DNA of 64,000 bases from an uncultured delta proteobacterium (GCA_963727445.1 CAVSGI010000012.1:224001-288000); one strand, 5' to 3'; positions 10,145 through 28,415 are shown, numbered from the stretch's first letter. The notes: generated from the letters alone by a model not told the origin. Numbers and translations: made by a program.

Positions 10145-12148
10145 GTGGGAGAGAGGGTCGCGTGCTTCATCATCGCGTTCGCCGTCGTGGCGCCACTTTC
10201 CGGCGTCGCCCTCGGCCAGCGCATCGAAGCCGCCCAGCCGGTGCGCGTCGCCTCGCAAGAGGTGAAGGTCCAACTCGGGCGGGGCCTCGCGCGCGTCGAC
10301 GTCACGCTCCGCTTCGAGAGTGAGGACGCCCGCACCGCAGAGCTGCGCCTTCTGCTGCCGCGCCCCGAGCACGGCGCGCTCGAATCCCTTCGCGCCTGCA
10401 CGCGCGGGCGGTGCGTTCCGGGCCTGCCGGACACGACGCGGTTCGAGGACCTCGACGCGTACGAGGTGGCGATCGAGGCACGTGGCGGCGCCCACCACCG
10501 AGCGGTCGCGCGGGTGGTGGAAGGGTACGAGGGGGGACCGGTCTTCGAGCTACACGCCGCGCCCGTCTCGTCGGCCGCGCCTGTCGTGGTCGAGCTCTCC
10601 TACGTGGCCCCGCTCGAGACGGTGGGCGGTCGGCTCTCACTCCCTCTCCCGCTCGCTCGAGACGTCGCCCGCGTCGCCAATCCGGCGGTCGAGGTCCTCG
10701 GTCCCGACGGCAGCCCTGGGAGCTTCGACCGAGGACGCGCGTATTGGGACATCCCCGCGGGCACGACCCTCACGAGCGCCTGGAGCGTGCGTTGCGGTGC
10801 ACGCCGCTGCGCCCGCGTCTGGACGGCGGCCGGTTACGAGTCCCCGCCCCGCGACGTCTTGATCCTCGTCGACCGCTCGCCGTCGATGCGGGATCTGCCG
10901 AGAGACCGCGTGCAGCGAACCCTCGACGCCCTCCTCGCCGAGCTGCCCGACGGGAGCCGGGTGCGCCTGGTGGGGTTCGGTGTGCGCGCCGAGGAGCTCC
11001 TGCCGCCCACCGACGTCGCGCAGGTCGACGTCGCGTCGATTCCCCTCGAGCCGGAGCTCTCCCTCGGCGCGGGCACGAACATCGACGCTGGGCTCGCCTA
11101 CGTCCACGAGCTCGCAGGTCACCTCCCCCTGGTGATCGTCCTCGACGACCGCCCGCGTCAGCCGACCAGCGCGATGATGCACGCGCTCTCACAGGTCCAC
11201 GCGAGCCTGTCCTTCCTCTCTCTCGGAGCCCGCACGTCGTCGTCGAGCGCCTTCGTCCGGACCCTCGGTCTCGCCGACGCGGGCGAGCTCACGAGGCCGG
11301 AGCTCCGCCAGGTCCTTCGCTCCGCGCTCGGAACGCTCGTCTCGCCGCTGGTCACGGTTCGGGGCCTCGGCGACAGCCCACGCTCGGGTGCGCTTCACGC
11401 CGGACAGGCGCTTCTCTTCGAGGGGGAGCTGTCGGCGAGCCACCTCGTCGTGGACGGCGCTGGCCGCACGTCACGGACCTCGCCGGCGCCCCCGAGCATC
11501 GCCGCCGGGCTCGGCGTGATGCTCTCCCGGCAGGTCGGCGTTCCCGACCGCCGCGCCTCTCGCGTGACCGTCGCCGCCCACGACCTCGGCGCCAACGAAA
11601 AGTGGCGCACTCCATGGCTCGACGCCTACCCGGTGCTTCGAAACGCGGTCGGCCCGGTCGAGCTCCGCCAGACCACGCCGGTGATGCTCGGGCCCGACTA
11701 CGCGGCGGGTCGCGTCCTGCCGATCCGCCCGCGCGTCCCGCCCATCATCCGCTGCTACTCGTGTTGCGGCGTCTCCGTCCGCGGCGCGCTCAGCAAGGAG
11801 GTGCTGAGGCGGTTGATGACGCCGGTGGAGCCGCGGGTTCGCGCCTGCTTCGCGCAGGAGCGGCGCGGGCGTCCCGACTGGTCGGCGCGCGCCGTCTATG
11901 GCCTCGTCCTCGAGCGGCGTGAGGTCGCGGCCAAGGTGGTGACGGGCTCGAACATCTCCGAGCGACTCGAAGCGTGTCTACTCGACGCGGTCGACCAGCT
12001 CGTCATCCCCTTCGCGGAGGGCGTGGTGGTGATCCATTACCCCTACGTGAGCGAGGCGATCCCTGCGGCGCCGTCCATACCGGTCGACCCGGCCCTCGGC
12101 AGCACCCTCGATCGGCTCTTCGAGGCCGAGCGCGCCGAGACGCCCTGA
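10145..12148 (+). CDS. VIT/vWA-domain protein with C-terminal AgmX/PglI (TonB-C-like) domain
   Basis: VIT-like N-terminus; MIDAS DRSPS and GTNIDAGL; C-terminal GALSKEVLRR...VRACF...LEACLLDAV...VIHYP. Confidence 0.7.
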   Translation: MGERVACFIIAFAVVAPLSGVALGQRIEAAQPVRVASQEVKVQLGRGLARVDVTLRFESEDARTAELRLLLPRPEHGALESLRACTRGRCVPGLPDTTRFEDLDAYEVAIEARGGAHHRAVARVVEGYEGGPVFELHAAPVSSAAPVVVELSYVAPLETVGGRLSLPLPLARDVARVANPAVEVLGPDGSPGSFDRGRAYWDIPAGTTLTSAWSVRCGARRCARVWTAAGYESPPRDVLILVDRSPSMRDLPRDRVQRTLDALLAELPDGSRVRLVGFGVRAEELLPPTDVAQVDVASIPLEPELSLGAGTNIDAGLAYVHELAGHLPLVIVLDDRPRQPTSAMMHALSQVHASLSFLSLGARTSSSSAFVRTLGLADAGELTRPELRQVLRSALGTLVSPLVTVRGLGDSPRSGALHAGQALLFEGELSASHLVVDGAGRTSRTSPAPPSIAAGLGVMLSRQVGVPDRRASRVTVAAHDLGANEKWRTPWLDAYPVLRNAVGPVELRQTTPVMLGPDYAAGRVLPIRPRVPPIIRCYSCCGVSVRGALSKEVLRRLMTPVEPRVRACFAQERRGRPDWSARAVYGLVLERREVAAKVVTGSNISERLEACLLDAVDQLVIPFAEGVVVIHYPYVSEAIPAAPSIPVDPALGSTLDRLFEAERAETP

Positions 12149-12152
12149 CGAC

Positions 12153-13025
12153 TCACTCGGGCTTGCGGAAGCGCAGCGTCATCCGGTCGCTCTCGCCGAT
12201 GCCGAGATAGCGCTCGCGGTCCTGGTCTTCGAGACGCAGCACCGGCGGCAGCGTCCACACGCCCTCCTCGTAGTCACGCGTGTCGTTCGGGTTGGCGTTG
12301 ATGTCCGAACGCTCCTCGAGGGTGAAGCCGGCCGCCTCGGCGATCTGGATCACGTAGGCCTCGGGCACGTAGCCCTTCTCGGCAGACTCCTGTGCGTCGG
12401 CGCCTTCTGCCGCGCGGTGCTGCACCACGCCGAGGACACCGCCCGGACGCAGCACGCGGAAGAACGCCGCGTACGCCTCCTCGGCGCCGCCGTCGTTCAC
12501 CATGTTGTGGGTGTTGCGGAAGGTCACCACCATGTCCGCCGATCCGTCGGGGCCGAGATCGATCGCGTCCGGTGGGTCGAAGGTCGCGACCTCCACCTCG
12601 CCGAAGACGTCGGGACGCGCGGCCTGCATGTCGAGGAAGCGCTGGCGATAGTGCGCGCGCGATCCTTCGGCGCTCGGGATGGCGGCGACCAGGTGGCCTT
12701 GGCCGCGAAGGTAGGGCGCGAGGATCTCCGTGTACCAACCGCCGCCGGGGCGGATCTCGACCACCCGCATGTCCGGCTGGATGCCGAAGAACTCGAGCGT
12801 CTCCTGCGGGTGCCGGTACTGATCGCGCGCGCGATTGTCCTCCGAGCGCTGCGCGCCGGCGATCGCCGCCGCGAGGTCACCCGGGGGTGGCAGCGGCGTG
12901 GAGGCTGCCGCCGTCTCGTCGCCGCTGGTCTGGTCGGATTGATCGGTCGCCGTGTCGGAGGCGGTGCCGCCGCAGGCACTGGCGACGAGGCCGAGGATGG
13001 TGAGGAAGGAGAGCAGGCGTGTCAT
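12153..13025 (-). CDS. Class I SAM-dependent methyltransferase-like lipoprotein
   Basis: Lipobox VASAC; RDQYRHPQETLEFFG, VVEIRPGGGWYT, LRPGG, IGESDRMTLRF. Confidence 0.88.
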   Translation of the reverse strand: MTRLLSFLTILGLVASACGGTASDTATDQSDQTSGDETAAASTPLPPPGDLAAAIAGAQRSEDNRARDQYRHPQETLEFFGIQPDMRVVEIRPGGGWYTEILAPYLRGQGHLVAAIPSAEGSRAHYRQRFLDMQAARPDVFGEVEVATFDPPDAIDLGPDGSADMVVTFRNTHNMVNDGGAEEAYAAFFRVLRPGGVLGVVQHRAAEGADAQESAEKGYVPEAYVIQIAEAAGFTLEERSDINANPNDTRDYEEGVWTLPPVLRLEDQDRERYLGIGESDRMTLRFRKPE

Positions 13026-13209
13026 GGCGCTGCAGTCTGGGGCCCGAGAGGACGCTTGAAAAGTCCCGAGCGAGCACACTCCGGCGACGCGTGACGCTTT
13101 GCCCCGCCTGGTGCATTCCGCCATGCCAGGACGGTGGGAGCGTAGGTGGCTCGCGGCGGCGGTGCCTGGCTCGTACGCGTCGGCATGCCGAGTGCACCCC
13201 ACGAGGACC

Positions 13210-15090
13210 ATGATGGCCGAGGCGGTCCAGGTGGATGAGGTCGGGGGCTTGGAGGAGTTCGGGCCAGCGCTTCCCGTCGGGACAGTGGTGGGCCGCTATC
13301 GACTCTGCGAGCCCATCGGCTATGGCGCGCAAGGGCGCGTGTATCGCGCCGTCAACGACATCGATCGGCGCTTCGCGATCAAGATGGCGCGCCGCGGCGA
13401 GGAGAAGATCCTGCGCGAGCGTTTCCAGCAGGAGGCGCGCATGGGTGCGATGGTCTACCACCGGAACGTGGTCGGGGTGATCGACTACGGCCTGTACGAG
13501 GGCGCGCCCTATCTGGTGATGGACCTGGCCGAGGGGCCGACTCTGGCCGACATCCTCGACAACGAGATCTTGAGCCCGGATGCAGTGGTCGATCTCGGCC
13601 TGCAGATGCTGGCCGCGATTCATGCGCTCGACGCCTGCGGCATCGTTCATCGCGACGTGAAGCCGGAGAACCTGGTCGTGCATCGTGAGGTGGATGGGGA
13701 CGTCGTCGTGAAGCTCATCGATTTCGGCATCTCGACCGCGTCTCATCGGCGTCACCACCGCATCGTCACGGGTGACGGCCTCTTCATCGGTACGCCGACC
13801 TACATGAGCCCGGAGCGGTTCCACGGAGTGGAGGCCGACGTGCGCTCGGACATCTTCTCGGTCGCGGCGGTCCTCTACGAGTCGCTCTGCGGCCACTCGC
13901 CACACCCGGGGGAGAGCGTGGTGGACATCATCGACGCGACCCTCTCGGGATCGCTCGTACCCCTTTGCCTGCGCGCCCCCGACTGTCCGGAGACCCTTGC
14001 CATGACCATTCACAGAGGACTGAGCCACAACCCGCAGGAGCGACCGTCGCATCCGGAGATCATGTCGCAGGAGCTACGCGAGGTAGGTGCCACCTTGGGT
14101 CTGCGGCGTGGCGGCGATGCGTGGGCCGCGGTTTTCCAAGAGATCGCGCGCGAGCCCTCGGGGCTCATTCCGCTTCGCATGGACACGGCGGATACGGTCA
14201 GGGACCTGCCCGCGACGCGGCGGCTCGGATTCAAAGCGGCCGCCGGCGTGCTCGGCGCAGCGCTCCTCGCCGGCGTCATCTCCTGCCTCGCCCTTCTCGT
14301 GTTGTTCGGGGCGGGGTGCAACAACGATGTGGGCGGCTCGGGAATGACGACGCCGGACGGCGACGCGTCCGTTGCGAGCCGCGACGCGGCCCCAGCCGTC
14401 GGGTCCTCCGCGGAGGACACCGGCCCTGCGACGGGCGACCTCCTCTGGCTGACCCTCGAAGACGCCACGTCCATCACGGATCCGATTCTCGGCAACGGCG
14501 CGGGCGCGGGCTTCATGACCGATCCGGCGGACGACTTCGAAGAGGGCCAGATGGGTAACGGCCTGCGGATCGATGGGGACGGCGAGTTCCTCGAAGTCCC
14601 TCAGGAGGGCAACGTCGACTGGACCCACGGAACGCTCGACTTCTGGTACCTACCCGACAACAGCCAGAACGACGGTGTCGAACACGTGCTCTTCGCCGCC
14701 GCAGACGCGACGGTCCGAGGTGGGTTCATCGGGCGCAAGGCGCCCCGAGACGAGTCGAACGCCTTCATCGTGACCTTCTACGATGCTTCCGCCGCGACGG
14801 TCGCCGAGACGCAGATCGACGCAGCGACCTTCACTTTCACGCCCGGGACGTGGATCGAGATCCGCGTCACCTGGGACTTCGAGGTGCCCGAAGGAGAGCA
14901 GGCCGTGCACGTCTACTTCGACGGCACCGAGGCGTCGTATATGACGACGATGACCATGACGCCCGCGTCCATGCCCGACGCCACCAGCGGCGCACTCCTG
15001 CGGTTCGGGGTCAGCCCCTCGGAGGACACGTCGCCTGCGGGCGGCGTGCTCGACGAGATCCACCTCGCCGCGACCGTCATGGCCCCATGA
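13210..15090 (+). CDS. Ser/Thr protein kinase with TM helix and extracellular LamG/ConA-like domain
   Basis: GYGAQGRV, AIK, HRDVKPEN, DFG, GTPTYMSPE; C-terminal GTLDFW...WIEIRVTW...VYFDG...LDEI. Confidence 0.88.
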   Translation: MMAEAVQVDEVGGLEEFGPALPVGTVVGRYRLCEPIGYGAQGRVYRAVNDIDRRFAIKMARRGEEKILRERFQQEARMGAMVYHRNVVGVIDYGLYEGAPYLVMDLAEGPTLADILDNEILSPDAVVDLGLQMLAAIHALDACGIVHRDVKPENLVVHREVDGDVVVKLIDFGISTASHRRHHRIVTGDGLFIGTPTYMSPERFHGVEADVRSDIFSVAAVLYESLCGHSPHPGESVVDIIDATLSGSLVPLCLRAPDCPETLAMTIHRGLSHNPQERPSHPEIMSQELREVGATLGLRRGGDAWAAVFQEIAREPSGLIPLRMDTADTVRDLPATRRLGFKAAAGVLGAALLAGVISCLALLVLFGAGCNNDVGGSGMTTPDGDASVASRDAAPAVGSSAEDTGPATGDLLWLTLEDATSITDPILGNGAGAGFMTDPADDFEEGQMGNGLRIDGDGEFLEVPQEGNVDWTHGTLDFWYLPDNSQNDGVEHVLFAAADATVRGGFIGRKAPRDESNAFIVTFYDASAATVAETQIDAATFTFTPGTWIEIRVTWDFEVPEGEQAVHVYFDGTEASYMTTMTMTPASMPDATSGALLRFGVSPSEDTSPAGGVLDEIHLAATVMAP

Positions 15091-15145
15091 GGCCGAGGCA
15101 GGTTCGCCTGGCGTTTTGCGGCCGACCTCAGGACACTCGGTCTGC

Positions 15146-16216
15146 ATGCCTTCGGCTCGCCTCACTCGCGTCCTCCTTTCGCTCGTTTTCGTCACCACGG
15201 GCTGCGACGGATGCCGAGAGGCCGCGACCGGCCTGGGAGCCGGCTCGGGGCTGGGGATCGATCGGCCGCCCTGGATTCGCAGCGACGGCGCGACGCGCAT
15301 GGTCTCGGGTCACGTGGTCACGGCCGACGGCGAACCCATCGAAGGCGCCGTCGTTCAGCTGATCTATCCCGGCGACCCCCACTGGCCGGAAGAAGTCGCC
15401 TACGCAGAGACCACCGACGCCGCGGGGGCGTTCTCCATCACCGCCTCCCCCTCGCACTTCAACGTCGTGGTCCGCCACCTCGGCGAGGCGCGCACCTTCG
15501 ACCCGCCCTTCATGGGATACGACCCCAATCAGCGCGTCCCGGCGATGACCATCCGCTTCGCGCCGACCCGCCCCGTGGAGATCTCCGCCGAGTGCACGGT
15601 CCCGCCGCTCGAGGACATCGTCGGTGATCCCGATCCTGTCGCCGCGTCGTTCTACTGGGCGCCGGGCGACGACCTCTTCGCGAAGACCTATCTCGGCGCA
15701 CGTGATCACACGGGGGATCATTCCGATGCCGTGGAAAGCCGCGTTCAGCCCGGGCGCGTCACCTATGTTCCCAGTCTGCCCGCCGCCGCGCGCCAATTCG
15801 GCGCCACCGTCGCCGTGCCGAGAGGCCACGTGGTGGCCATCTTCTCGGGCGGCTGCGGCACGGCGCGCCGCGAGCTCGAGCCCGGCGAAGATGCCACCGA
15901 GATCGCCCTCTCCTTGCCCGAGCCCGACGCCTCTTCACTCGTGATCCGCATGGCCTCGGACCAGGGCGATACGGTGCGTCGCCCCGCGGTCCACTTCGGC
16001 GCGGTGCGCGTCGACACGCACGAGGACGTGCGCGTCGGCCGCGCGATGCGCCTCGAGCGTCTCGCCCCCGGCCGCTACGAGATCCCCGAGACCGCGTGCA
16101 TCGATCCCATCGAGCTCCCGCCGTCGAGCGAGACCATCGTCACCATCGCCCCCGGTCGCTGCGACGTGCGCTCGGGTCCGCTCCCAGACCCCGAGCAGGC
16201 CGATTCGGTCGATTAG
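15146..16216 (+). CDS. Lipoprotein with carboxypeptidase-regulatory-like (prealbumin-fold) domain
   Basis: Lipobox VTTGC; VSGHVVTADGEPIEGAVV...TDAAGAFSI. Confidence 0.7.
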   Translation: MPSARLTRVLLSLVFVTTGCDGCREAATGLGAGSGLGIDRPPWIRSDGATRMVSGHVVTADGEPIEGAVVQLIYPGDPHWPEEVAYAETTDAAGAFSITASPSHFNVVVRHLGEARTFDPPFMGYDPNQRVPAMTIRFAPTRPVEISAECTVPPLEDIVGDPDPVAASFYWAPGDDLFAKTYLGARDHTGDHSDAVESRVQPGRVTYVPSLPAAARQFGATVAVPRGHVVAIFSGGCGTARRELEPGEDATEIALSLPEPDASSLVIRMASDQGDTVRRPAVHFGAVRVDTHEDVRVGRAMRLERLAPGRYEIPETACIDPIELPPSSETIVTIAPGRCDVRSGPLPDPEQADSVD

Positions 16217-16330
16217 CCCTTCCGCTTGCAGTCATCGTGCCCTAGAGAATCCGATCCGTCCGATCGGTTCACGACGCCCCCGAAATCACGCCACAATTGG
16301 CGATTCGAGGACGCCGGGCACAATTTTCGA

Positions 16331-16359
16331 TTGACACCCGGCGGGACCCGATCCATGAC
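16331..16359 (+). promoter_or_regulatory. Putative sigma70 promoter of the rplK operon
   Basis: TTGACA-17 nt-CATGAC about 40 nt upstream of the rplK ATG. Confidence 0.5.
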
Positions 16360-16401
16360 GCCCGACCCACCCTCCGGGGTCCTTACCCGGGGAGATCAGT
16401 C

Positions 16402-16841
16402 ATGAAAAAGGTCATCGGTCAGATCAAGCTCCAGCTCGCGGCAGGCAAGGCGAACCCCTCGCCGCCCGTCGGTCCCGCGCTGGGTCAGCACGGCGTGAAC
16501 ATCATGGAGTTCTGCAAGGAGTTCAACTCCAGGACGCAGAGCAGGACGGGCTCATCATCCCCGTGGTGATCACGGTCTACGCGGACCGCTCGTTCACCTT
16601 CATCACGAAGACGCCCCCGGCGTCGATCCTGATCAAGAAGGAGATCGGGCTGTCCTTCGGGACGAAGCCGGGCTCCGGCTCTGCGCGTCCGAACAAGGAC
16701 AAGGTCGGCAAGATCACCCAGGCCCAGCTCCGCAAGCTGGCCGAAGAGAAGATCCAGGACATGAACGCAGGGTCGATCGAGACCGCCATGAAGACGCTGG
16801 CTGGAACGGCCCGCTCGATGGGGGTCGACGTCGTCGACTGA
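16402..16841 (+). CDS. rplK: 50S ribosomal protein L11 (one apparent frameshift near 16540)
   Basis: [35 protein letters not shown], then in another frame [20 protein letters not shown]...GTARSMG. Confidence 0.96.
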
Positions 16842-16909
16842 GCTTTTGCGCCGTACGCCCGGATGCGTCCGGCGATCGGCGTCTCCACCACCACCTCGAG
16901 CAGTCGGGG

Positions 16910-16943
16910 GTGGAAGGCACACGCTTCGGCTCCGTGCCGCCAG
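16910..16943 (+). promoter_or_regulatory. Putative L1-binding autoregulatory RNA structure upstream of rplA
   Basis: TGG-AA-GGCAC...GTGCC-G-CCA two-stem/internal-loop motif abutting the rplA RBS. Confidence 0.45.
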
Positions 16944-16956
16944 GAGGAAGAGGTAG

Positions 16957-17666
16957 ATGAAACCCGGACGAAGGCGAAAAGACGCGATCGCCAAGGTGGA
17001 GCGTGGCAAGCATCTACACGCTCGCCGAGGCCTGCGATCTCGTCAAGCAGGCGTCCTTCGCGAAGTTCGACGAGAGCGTCGACCTCGCGGTCCGCCTCGG
17101 CGTGAACCCCAAGCACGCCGACCAGATGGTCCGCGGCGCGGTGGTGTTGCCCGCACGGCATCGGCAAGACCGACCGCGTCCTCGTGTTCGCGAAGGGCGA
17201 GAAGGCGAACGAGGCCGAAGCAGCCGGTGCCGATTTCGTCGGCGCCGACGACATGGTGGCTAAGGTCCAGGAGGGCTGGCTCGACTTCGACACGGTCGTC
17301 GCCACGCCCGACATGATGGGTCAGGTCGGTCGACTCGGGCGCGTGCTCGGTCCGCGCGGTCTGATGCCCAACCCCAAGGTCGGGACCGTCACCTTCGACG
17401 TGACCAAGGCCGTCAGCGACGCGAAGGCCGGCAAGGTCGAGTTCCGCGTCGAGCGCGCGGGCATCGTCCACGCGCCGGTCGGCAAGACGTCCTTCGAGGC
17501 CGACAAGCTCGCAGGAGAACGTGCGAGCGCTCCGTCGAGGCGCTCTTGCAAGGCCAAGCCGGCGTCTGCCAAGGGCACCTACCTGAGGAGCATCACGCTG
17601 AGCTCCACCATGGGCCCGGGCATCCAGAATCGACCCCCGGCATCCGTGGCGACGGCGGAGGCGTGA
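16957..17666 (+). CDS. rplA: 50S ribosomal protein L1 (several apparent frameshifts)
   Basis: [47 protein letters not shown]. Confidence 0.95.
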
Positions 17667-17669
17667 GTC

Positions 17670-18238
17670 ATGGAGCTCACGCGCAACGACAGGCCGAGAG
17701 TCGTCGAGCAGGTCGAAGATTCGCGACAGCTTCGATCGCGCGGTCGCGGCCGTGCTCGTCGACTTCCGCGGCATCGACGTGCCGCAGCATCACCGAGCTG
17801 CGCGCCCGCTTCCGCGACGGCGGGCGTCGAGTACAGGGTGGTGCAAGAACACGCCTGGTCAAGCAGGCGCTCAAGGGCACCGACCTCGATGAACACGAAG
17901 CGCTGAAGGGTCACCTCAAGGGGATGACCGGGATCGCCTGGTCGCTACGAGGATCCCTCGGCCGCGGCCAAGATCATCAAGGCGTTCCGCAAGGAAGGCG
18001 ACGAGCAGCGAGAAGCTCGAGGTCAAGTGTGGCCTCCTCGAGGGCAGGTCCTCGATGCGCCGCGCGTCGAGGCCGAGCTCGCGACGCTCTGCCCGGCAAG
18101 GACGAGATCCGCGCCATGCTGCTCGCGCAGCTCATGGCGCCCGCACAGAACCTGGTTCGGCAGCTCCTGCGCTCCGGCCCAGAACCTCGCCTACGTCTTC
18201 GACGCACGAAGCGTGCAGTCAGGGCGAAGGCTCAGTAA
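17670..18238 (+). CDS. rplJ: 50S ribosomal protein L10 (multiple apparent frameshifts; 3' end approximate)
   Basis: Fragments in different frames: VLVDFRGIDV, ITELRARFR, LVKQALKGT, LPGKDEIRAMLLAQLMAP; synteny. Confidence 0.85.
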
Positions 18239-18313
18239 CTCCCAAAACGTCCATTCCACGGGCGATCAGACAGACGGCGCGTCGACCGTGAACGGTTAGC
18301 GGAGATACAGACG

Positions 18314-18696
18314 ATGGCGAACATGAACGTGGATCAGATGGTCGAGGAGCTCAGCTCCTGGACCGTCATGGACGTGGCGAACCTCGTGAAGCAGCTCGAG
18401 GAGAAGTGGGGCGTCTCGGCGGCGCCGGTCGCGGTTGCTGGCGCTGCGGCTCCCGGCGCGCCGGCGGCTGCGGTCGGAGGAGCAGACCGAGTTCACGGTC
18501 GAGCTGACCGAGGCCGGCGCCAAGAAGATCAACGTCATCAAGGCGGTCCGCGAGATCACCCGCCTCGGCCTGGCCGACGCGAAGAACCTCGTCGAGAGCG
18601 CGCCCAAGGCCGTCAAGGAAGGCGTCTCCAAGGACGAGGCCGAGGAGATCAAGAAGAAGCTCGAGGAAGCCGGCGCCAAGGTCACCGCTCAAGTAG
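18314..18696 (+). CDS. rplL: 50S ribosomal protein L7/L12 (apparent frameshifts near 18475 and 18687)
   Basis: [48 protein letters not shown]. Confidence 0.96.
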
Positions 18697-18999
18697 TGAC
18701 GGTTGTCCTGTTCTGCCGAGGGCGTCTTCCGGCTGTCCATCGAAGCCGCACACGCGGCGTGGCGCCCTTGCGTCCTCCGCCGCGTCTGTGTCCAAGCGAC
18801 ATGCGAGTCGCTCCGCTTCGCGACGGCGCTCGCCCGCACGAACAGTCCGGGCTCACCCGGCCTGCTCGAGCTCCTGCACTTTGTTCTGTATTTTCCGTTC
18901 GCGTGCGGTCTGACCGCGCGCTGCGCGGCTTCTTCCTTGATAGCGCGCTCACGAAAAGCACGGGTCGGTTGGCGACCGACCTCGGAGGCACCTGACATC

Positions 19000-23171
<4,172 letters not shown>

Positions 23172-23176
23172 GGGCA

Positions 23177-27357
<4,181 letters not shown>

Positions 27358-27385
27358 CCCGAAGCGCGCAAGCGCAAACGTCAGC

Positions 27386-27423
27386 CGAACGGCGCGTCCA
27401 AAAGGGCGCGCCGTTCGCCGTTT
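27386..27423 (+). terminator. Intrinsic terminator hairpin after rpoC
   Basis: CGAACGGCGCGTCC-AAAA-GGGCGCGCCGTTCG stem followed by ccgttt. Confidence 0.7.
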
Positions 27424-27578
27424 CGGGGACGGTCTACACTTTTCAACTTTCGACGCCGAACCGGACGCCGCGCCCCCTCCCACGCCTTCCCGATCCCGAG
27501 TCTAGGTTTCGGGGACGGTCTACACTTTTCAACTTTCGACGCCGAACCGGACGCCGCGCCCCCTCCCACGCCTTCCCG
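27420..27578. repeat. Perfect 73-bp direct repeat (27420-27492 and 27506-27578) with a 13-bp spacer
   Basis: gtttcggggacggtctacacttttcaactttcgacgccgaaccggacgccgcgccccctcccacgccttcccg occurs twice; spacer atcccgagtctag. Confidence 0.95.
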
Positions 27579-27625
27579 CTAGGGGCGGCACTTGCGGCAT
27601 TCGAATCTGACGGTCGCCATCCCTC

Positions 27626-28411
27626 TCAGCACTCGCCCGTGCGGCGTTGCAGGTCGAAGCGGATGTTCATGTCGACCTTCTCGATCACCATCATGTCGAG
27701 CGCGCCGAGTGGGGCTTCGCCGCAGCTCGGGTTGGGCAGCTCCACGGTCGCGGAGACGACGACCTCGCCGCCCTCCACGCGCACGTCGTCGATGCGTACG
27801 CTCGCCATCCCCGGCTGCACGACGCCGACCACGATCGCGCGTCCGAAGTCGATGGTCTCCGGCGGGGCACCGACGAAGAGGCCCTCCCACTCGTCGACGG
27901 TTCGCACGATGAGGGCGGTCGTCGATTGCGGGTCCGCCAGTTGGTCCCAGCGAACCGCGAGGTGGCGCTCCCTCGGTGGGGGCGGAGGCTCTTCGCTCTC
28001 TTCTGGGAGCTCGGGCGCCGGCTGAGGGGCGAACGACGCGAGCCACAGCACTTTGGAGCGATGCTCGACCGACTGCTCTGGGTCGGTATCGGCCCGCTCC
28101 TCGTAGCTGGTCTCACTCACCCCGCCTTCGACCGTGGCCGGCAGACGGCCTCTTGGCGCCTCCCGCGCGGCCGCGAGGGCCGCGGCGTAGCCAGGGGAAT
28201 CGCGACCGACGATGTAGAAGGCGTCGTCATCGCCGAAGAAGACGAGCTCGAATCCCTGTCCCCCAGCGCTGAAGTCGCCGACCAGCTCTCCGGTCAGGCG
28301 CACCACCTCCGTTTCGGCCGGCTCTTCGGCCCCTGAGCTGCTCGAGGCGCCGCACGCACAGGCGAGCCAAGCGACGAGCAGCGCCAAGAGGAGCTTCGAG
28401 CGACGTGGCAT
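27626..28411 (-). CDS. Lipoprotein with C-terminal PrcB-like domain
   Basis: Signal [54 protein letters not shown]. Confidence 0.65.
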   Translation of the reverse strand: MPRRSKLLLALLVAWLACACGASSSSGAEEPAETEVVRLTGELVGDFSAGGQGFELVFFGDDDAFYIVGRDSPGYAAALAAAREAPRGRLPATVEGGVSETSYEERADTDPEQSVEHRSKVLWLASFAPQPAPELPEESEEPPPPPRERHLAVRWDQLADPQSTTALIVRTVDEWEGLFVGAPPETIDFGRAIVVGVVQPGMASVRIDDVRVEGGEVVVSATVELPNPSCGEAPLGALDMMVIEKVDMNIRFDLQRRTGEC

Positions 28412-28415
28412 GAGC

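Noticed and set aside
8924..10498. 830-aa version of the LysR ORF
   Set aside because: The extension is antisense to the Nudix and lipoprotein genes; LysR homology starts near 8923
27420..27578. Possible CRISPR array
   Set aside because: Only two 73-bp units with a 13-bp spacer, and no cas genes in the window
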